Virus record (IMG/VR): IMGVR_UViG_2718218494_000001
Source of the DNA: an uncultured virus (IMG/VR IMGVR_UViG_2718218494_000001)
Taxonomy: Duplodnaviria > Heunggongvirae > Uroviricota > Caudoviricetes
Reading direction: 5' to 3' (one strand)
Length of the DNA stretch: 20,000 nucleotides
The position numbers and the translations under genes are program-made. The notes beneath the pieces were generated by a model that saw nothing but the letters and a program-made list of their open reading frames with translations, was not told where the DNA came from and did not search any database. Below, one piece after another: positions 15,616 through 20,000 of this stretch. Each line of letters opens with the position of its first letter. Positions within the stretch are counted from its first letter, which is position 1.

Positions 15616-16781
15616 TATCTAATCTCCCAGCGTGGTTTAATCAGACGATCAAAAATCTCATTACAAACAGGTTCCCAGATTGAAAGTGCGTTTCGCCATG
15701 CGCCGGTCGAAGAACGTTGATCAATCGCCTGTTCGAAAACGGTTCTCATGCGGATCTGGCCTTTACCAACTTCATCGGTTTCACGTACCACATTTTTAAG
15801 AACCATGCTTCCCCATGCATCGCGAATTTGTTCTTCCATCCACGGTGACTGCGAACCATTGTTATTACTGTATTTGGTAAGGAGAATACGGACATCCGGC
15901 TCAAAGCCTTTAAGATCCACATTCCTGAGCAGATCACGAAGCATATCGAAAAACTGCAGTGCAGAAGTGTAATCGAACAGCTCTGCCGGGGTGGGAACAA
16001 TCAGCACATCAGCAGCGCATACGACATTGATCGTGCCAATACCGAGGTTCGGTGCGCTGTCGATAACAATCACATCATAGTCATGAGCGACCGTTTCAAT
16101 AGCAAGGCGGAGCATCAGATGCGGGTCGGTGGGCAGTTTTCCTTCATCAAATTTGCCCATCAGTTCAGTTTCAATGCGATGCAGTGCCAGGCAGGACGGA
16201 ATGATATCAAGGCCAGGCCAGCAGGTTGGTTTTATCGCATAACTGGCATCATCCTTTTCACCAAGATAAAAGGGCAGGAGAGTATCTTCCGCGTGTATAT
16301 GAAGATCGGGCACCCATCCGTGATACATCGAGGCTGTGCCCTGAGGATCATTACCCTCGACAAGCAGAACGCGTAATCCTTTCAGGGCCAGGTCCTGAGC
16401 CAGGTGAACAGAAACGGAGGTTTTGTAAACACCACCTTTGTGAGCAGCAACACCAATCACCGGCGGAAACGCATCTTCAGCACGGCGCAGTCGTGTACCA
16501 AATACATCCCGCATGTGATTGATTTGCTCGATGGTATAACCAACGCGTTGCTCAACTCTTCCACGGGTTTCCATATCAGGGTGAGGCAGCCGGCCAGCTT
16601 TCTCGGCATCCCTGATAGCCTGAGATGACACGCCAACTAAATCAGCTGCTTCACCAATCCTCCAGCGCCGGGTTATTTTCCGGGCTTCCGGACTGTCATC
16701 ATTAAACTGCGCAATGGCGATTGCTTTCGTCATTTCATGACCAGCACTTATGCACTGGTTGAGTGTATCCATGAGTCCCAT
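15615..16781 (-). CDS. sopA: Plasmid partition ATPase SopA (ParA family)
   Basis: [24 protein letters not shown]…, deviant Walker A HKGGVYKT; 388 aa from ATG 16781. Confidence 0.97.
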   Translation of the reverse strand: MGLMDTLNQCISAGHEMTKAIAIAQFNDDSPEARKITRRWRIGEAADLVGVSSQAIRDAEKAGRLPHPDMETRGRVEQRVGYTIEQINHMRDVFGTRLRRAEDAFPPVIGVAAHKGGVYKTSVSVHLAQDLALKGLRVLLVEGNDPQGTASMYHGWVPDLHIHAEDTLLPFYLGEKDDASYAIKPTCWPGLDIIPSCLALHRIETELMGKFDEGKLPTDPHLMLRLAIETVAHDYDVIVIDSAPNLGIGTINVVCAADVLIVPTPAELFDYTSALQFFDMLRDLLRNVDLKGFEPDVRILLTKYSNNNGSQSPWMEEQIRDAWGSMVLKNVVRETDEVGKGQIRMRTVFEQAIDQRSSTGAWRNALSIWEPVCNEIFDRLIKPRWEIR

Positions 16782-16803
16782 ACTGAACATCCTTTAATCA
16801 TCA

Positions 16804-16905
16804 CTTTGCATTATTTTATTAAATCTTGGAATTTATTGCAAAGCAACAATAAAAACGCAAAGTGCACGAAAAAGTGCAAAGTGAACCGCATTGGGTGATG
16901 CAAAG
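16804..16905. promoter_or_regulatory. SopA autorepression operator hexamers
   Basis: CTTTGC at 16804 and GCAAAG at 16838, 16857, 16876 and 16900, as in the F sop promoter. Confidence 0.75.
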
Positions 16906-16929
16906 ACCGCAGGGGAGTACAAAAGAGTA

Positions 16930-17174
16930 CATACCGCAGCCAATATTAATCACTGCCGCTCGCCGCAGTAAGCGATCTCACGGAGTGAGAAAGCGGCGAG
17001 GAAGCGGAAAATCACAGAATTCACAGATTGCACGTACGTCGGGTTGCTTAAGATGGCTCGGGATCAGCCAGTTATAATGAAATTGACTGCGATATGTAAT
17101 ATATTGACTGTGGCATGATACTTACTGTATCTGTGTCGAGAAAGAGGAAAGACGACTCAGCATACCGCAGTCAA
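16930..17174. repeat. Upstream auxiliary Rep iterons
   Basis: TTGACTGYGRYATG-like copies at 17083 and 17104, inverted at 17161 and 16930. Confidence 0.75.
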
Positions 17175-17293
17175 TGTTTCATTGTTGTACCTGTAGATCT
17201 CAATCTTCCAGAGCGTATTCAGGAAAATCAGGCCAGGGTTCTGGATACCTGGTGTGGCGCTTCCGGCCTTGTATCTGAGTTATTCAAGGTCTC

Positions 17294-17517
17294 GATCCAA
17301 TAATTGATCCCAAGGAGATCATAGTGAGATCCAAAAGAGATCCCCGGATCGCTCCAGCATGCGCTGTAACTGGCTTTAACGTCTGTCTGGATCGACTGCG
17401 GAATGTAAAATGTTGACTGTTATATGCATAATCTAATACTGTGATATGCAACGGTATTTACTGAGGTATGTATATCCGTTGACTGCGATACGTATTACTA
17501 CATCCTTTTGTGGATAA
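17294..17517. promoter_or_regulatory. Plasmid replication origin: GATC cluster, five iterons and a DnaA box
   Basis: GATC at 17294, 17306, 17317, 17328, 17339, 17347 and 17390; iterons at 17392, 17413, 17435, 17457 and 17479; TGTGGATAA at 17509-17517. Confidence 0.82.
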
Positions 17518-17532
17518 CCGTTGAGGATCAAG

Positions 17533-18543
17533 ATGACGAGCGAAAATAACAGCTTACTTCTGAACCTTCAGGAAGTTGATAAGACAACCGGCGAAGTTGT
17601 TAAGCTGGATGTCAACAGCACCAGTACCGTGCAGCCAGTAGCGCTCATGAGACTCGGTCTCTTCGTCCCAACTCTGAAATCAACAGGGAAGAGCAAGGCG
17701 AACCGGAAAAACGTTACAGACGCGACTGAGGAGCTTGTACAGCTGTCTATTGCCAAAAGCGAAGGGTACACTGACGTTAAGATCACCGGTTCGCGTCTTG
17801 ATATGGACACGGATTTTAAAGTCTGGCTGGGGATAATTCGCTCCATGTCGGAGTATGGGGTAAAAAGTGACACCCTGGAACTGTCGTTCGTCGAATTCGT
17901 TAAGATGTGCGGATTTAACTCCCGTCGTTCAAACAAAAAAATGCGCGATCGCATCAGTAATTCCCTGTTTAAACTTGCCTCGGTTACGCTGAAGTTCCAG
18001 AGCGAGACCAAAGGATGGACCACCCATCTGGTGCAGTCAGCCTATTATGACATCACCGAGGATATCGTTGAGATAAAGGCTGAACCTAAGCTGTTTGAGC
18101 TTTACCACATGGACAGAAGGGTACTGCTGCGGCTGAAAGCCATTGACGCCCTGCAGCGCAAGGAATCAGCCCAGGCGCTTTATACCTACATCGAAAGTCT
18201 TCCCCAGAATCCTGCACCTATTTCCATGAAACGGATGCGTGACCGGCTGAATCTCACCTCAAATGTCTATACGCAGAACCACACGGTGCGTAAGGCGATG
18301 GAGCAGCTGCGGGATATTGGTTATCTGGATTACACCGAGTTTAAACGTGGCCGAGCCACCTATTTCAGCGTGCATTATCGCAACCCCAAACTCATCAGTG
18401 GTCCTGTGAAGGTTCCGCGCAAAGCGGAAGAAGAGAAGGCGCCAGAGCAAAATTATGACGAAGTCATTAAGGCGCTGAAGGCTGCTGGCATCGATCCTCT
18501 TAAACTGGCTGAAGCCCTCTCAGCGATGAAGCCAGAAAATTGA
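17533..18543 (+). CDS. repB: Plasmid replication initiator, RepFIB family (IncFIB(K)-like)
   Basis: [52 protein letters not shown]; flanked by iterons. Confidence 0.9.
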   Translation: MTSENNSLLLNLQEVDKTTGEVVKLDVNSTSTVQPVALMRLGLFVPTLKSTGKSKANRKNVTDATEELVQLSIAKSEGYTDVKITGSRLDMDTDFKVWLGIIRSMSEYGVKSDTLELSFVEFVKMCGFNSRRSNKKMRDRISNSLFKLASVTLKFQSETKGWTTHLVQSAYYDITEDIVEIKAEPKLFELYHMDRRVLLRLKAIDALQRKESAQALYTYIESLPQNPAPISMKRMRDRLNLTSNVYTQNHTVRKAMEQLRDIGYLDYTEFKRGRATYFSVHYRNPKLISGPVKVPRKAEEEKAPEQNYDEVIKALKAAGIDPLKLAEALSAMKPEN

Positions 18544-18782
18544 CTGCGATATGCATATCATGACTGCCGTATGCCGCTAAGGACATTCCATTGACTGTGA
18601 TATGCATCACGCATACCGCAGTCAATATTTATTCTCTATCATCTCTGCCCGGATCGAACAATATTGACTGTAATATGTGATTTGGGGTCGTGATACGCAG
18701 ATATTGACTACGGCATGCGGGTTAAATGGGGGTAATCCCTGGTCTGTTAACCATTCCATGGGTGATAACATGCCACAGTCAA
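18540..18782. repeat. Downstream copy-control/incompatibility iterons
   Basis: Iteron copies at 18540, 18560, 18591, 18664 and 18704; inverted at 18612 and 18769. Confidence 0.8.
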
Positions 18783-19259
18783 TTTTTCAGTAAAGCTCTA
18801 TACCCCTTACGAAAATCTCAATCGGGTGCTGAGACGGTCATGTTACCTGACGGTATCCGTTCCCCTGTGTACTGCAGGTTTAGCCCGGCAGGATGAGACT
18901 GCAGCTGTCTGTATAACCCGGCGCCAGCTTCACACTGCTAAATGCGATTAGGAAACGGGAGCCGGATGGCAGAAAGGTGTTGGCCACAGATGGTGAATGA
19001 CTTTCGCGGTTAACGGGATGATTTGCTGAGCTTCCAGGAAAAACGCACAGTGGGATGCACGGCCAGTATGCCTGCATTGTGCCCTGTCTTGACTGCGGTA
19101 TGTTGATGCCTGCAGGATTGCAGGTCACCGGGTAAGACCATGGCGGTTCAGTCATCAGCATGATGGCCTGGTGTGCTGGAGCAGGGAGGGGGCTGAATGC
19201 TCTCTGCTCCTGTATTCCGTATTAGCGGAATACAGGACGTCATGCCAGGGCCGTCAATC

Positions 19260-20000
19260 TCAGCCGGCCGGGGGCAGGGAGCGAAGGATCTCCGCGGCAT
19301 CTCGACCATCACCGGTAAAGGGAACGGCCAGGGTGGCAGCCATGTCCAGCGCAAATACCCGGGTATAGACTTCCATCGAGCGCGGATCCTTATGCCCGGC
19401 CAGTGCCTGGATGACCTTCCTGGGCTGCCGGTGATAAAGCATGTGCATAATATAGCTGTGACGGAAAGTATGCGGCGTCACGGGGATCGAAAAATGCACG
19501 CCGTCAGCTTCAGCCCGCTTCACCGCCTGTTTCAGCCAGTTGCGCATTGTCTCATCCGTGACCGGCCATAACGGCTCCCGCCGGCGGGGGCGGGTGGTCA
19601 CCATCCAGCTCTCCATCTGACGCACAAAACTGGCATCCGTCAGCGGTACCAGACGCACTTCATCTTTTGGCGGCCGGCCACGACGTGCCCGCACTTTTTC
19701 CGACAGCACCCGAACAAAAGGGCGCAGACCATCCAGGTCGAACGATTCCGGGGTGAGCGTCCGGGCTTCACCGATACGGATCCCGGTATTCCACATGGTG
19801 GCGAACAACATGTGGTGACGCTGGTCAGGCATATACCAGAGGAGGGCGCTCACTTCCGGCGCCAGGAGGTAAGCCGGCGTGGCACCTGTTGAGGTGGCCA
19901 TCCGCCGGAGTGCCACCGCGGTCGCAAAATCAACGCCCGGGGCGATCGGCAGCAGAGAGACGCGTTCTGGTGAATTCTGCAAGGGAATGATGCTGTTCAT
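19260..20000 (-). CDS. resD: Plasmid ResD-like tyrosine recombinase (multimer resolvase); ATG at the window edge
   Basis: [36 protein letters not shown]…YTRVFALD. Confidence 0.85.
   Translation of the reverse strand: MNSIIPLQNSPERVSLLPIAPGVDFATAVALRRMATSTGATPAYLLAPEVSALLWYMPDQRHHMLFATMWNTGIRIGEARTLTPESFDLDGLRPFVRVLSEKVRARRGRPPKDEVRLVPLTDASFVRQMESWMVTTRPRRREPLWPVTDETMRNWLKQAVKRAEADGVHFSIPVTPHTFRHSYIMHMLYHRQPRKVIQALAGHKDPRSMEVYTRVFALDMAATLAVPFTGDGRDAAEILRSLPPAG

Larger units (their letters stand above)
13444..20000. mobile_element. F-type plasmid backbone (IncFIB(K)-like replicon, sopABC, resolvase)
   Basis: sopC-sopB-sopA-ori-rep-iterons-resD arrangement. Confidence 0.9.

Noticed and set aside
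16862..19354. Short ORFs in the origin and iteron regions (16862, 17115, 18880, 19148)
   Set aside because: They overlap regulatory repeats or lack any RBS or motif support.
1..20000. N15- or P1-type native phage-plasmid
   Set aside because: No protelomerase or P1-type genes are seen. The phage has its own integrase and an att-like boundary, so a cointegrate is the simpler reading.

Overview
The window has two parts. Positions 1-~13443 are the early half of a temperate enterobacterial prophage whose gene order resembles epsilon15/phiV10/SPC32H (Uetakevirus-like). It contains the 5' end of terS, a LexA-boxed orphan gene, an Eaa/Ead accessory cluster, a DUF1064-like nuclease, O-like and P-like replication genes, cro and repressor, YqaJ/RecT, AlpA, PerC, an MT-A70 methylase and a tyrosine integrase. 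Positions ~13444-20000 are an F-type plasmid backbone: 16 x 43-bp sopC repeats, sopB, sopA, an iteron origin with a RepFIB-family (IncFIB(K)-like) rep gene, and a resD-like recombinase. The main observation is the junction. Where these phages normally adjoin the 3' end of chromosomal guaA (…GAGTGGGAATGA), only GGGAATGA is present and the sequence continues into plasmid DNA, which suggests a prophage-plasmid cointegrate at a secondary att site. A dispersed TTACC-N5-GGTAA operator network reaches terS and int. A near-consensus SOS box precedes a stand-alone unknown gene. All family calls come from motif recognition; no database searches were run.
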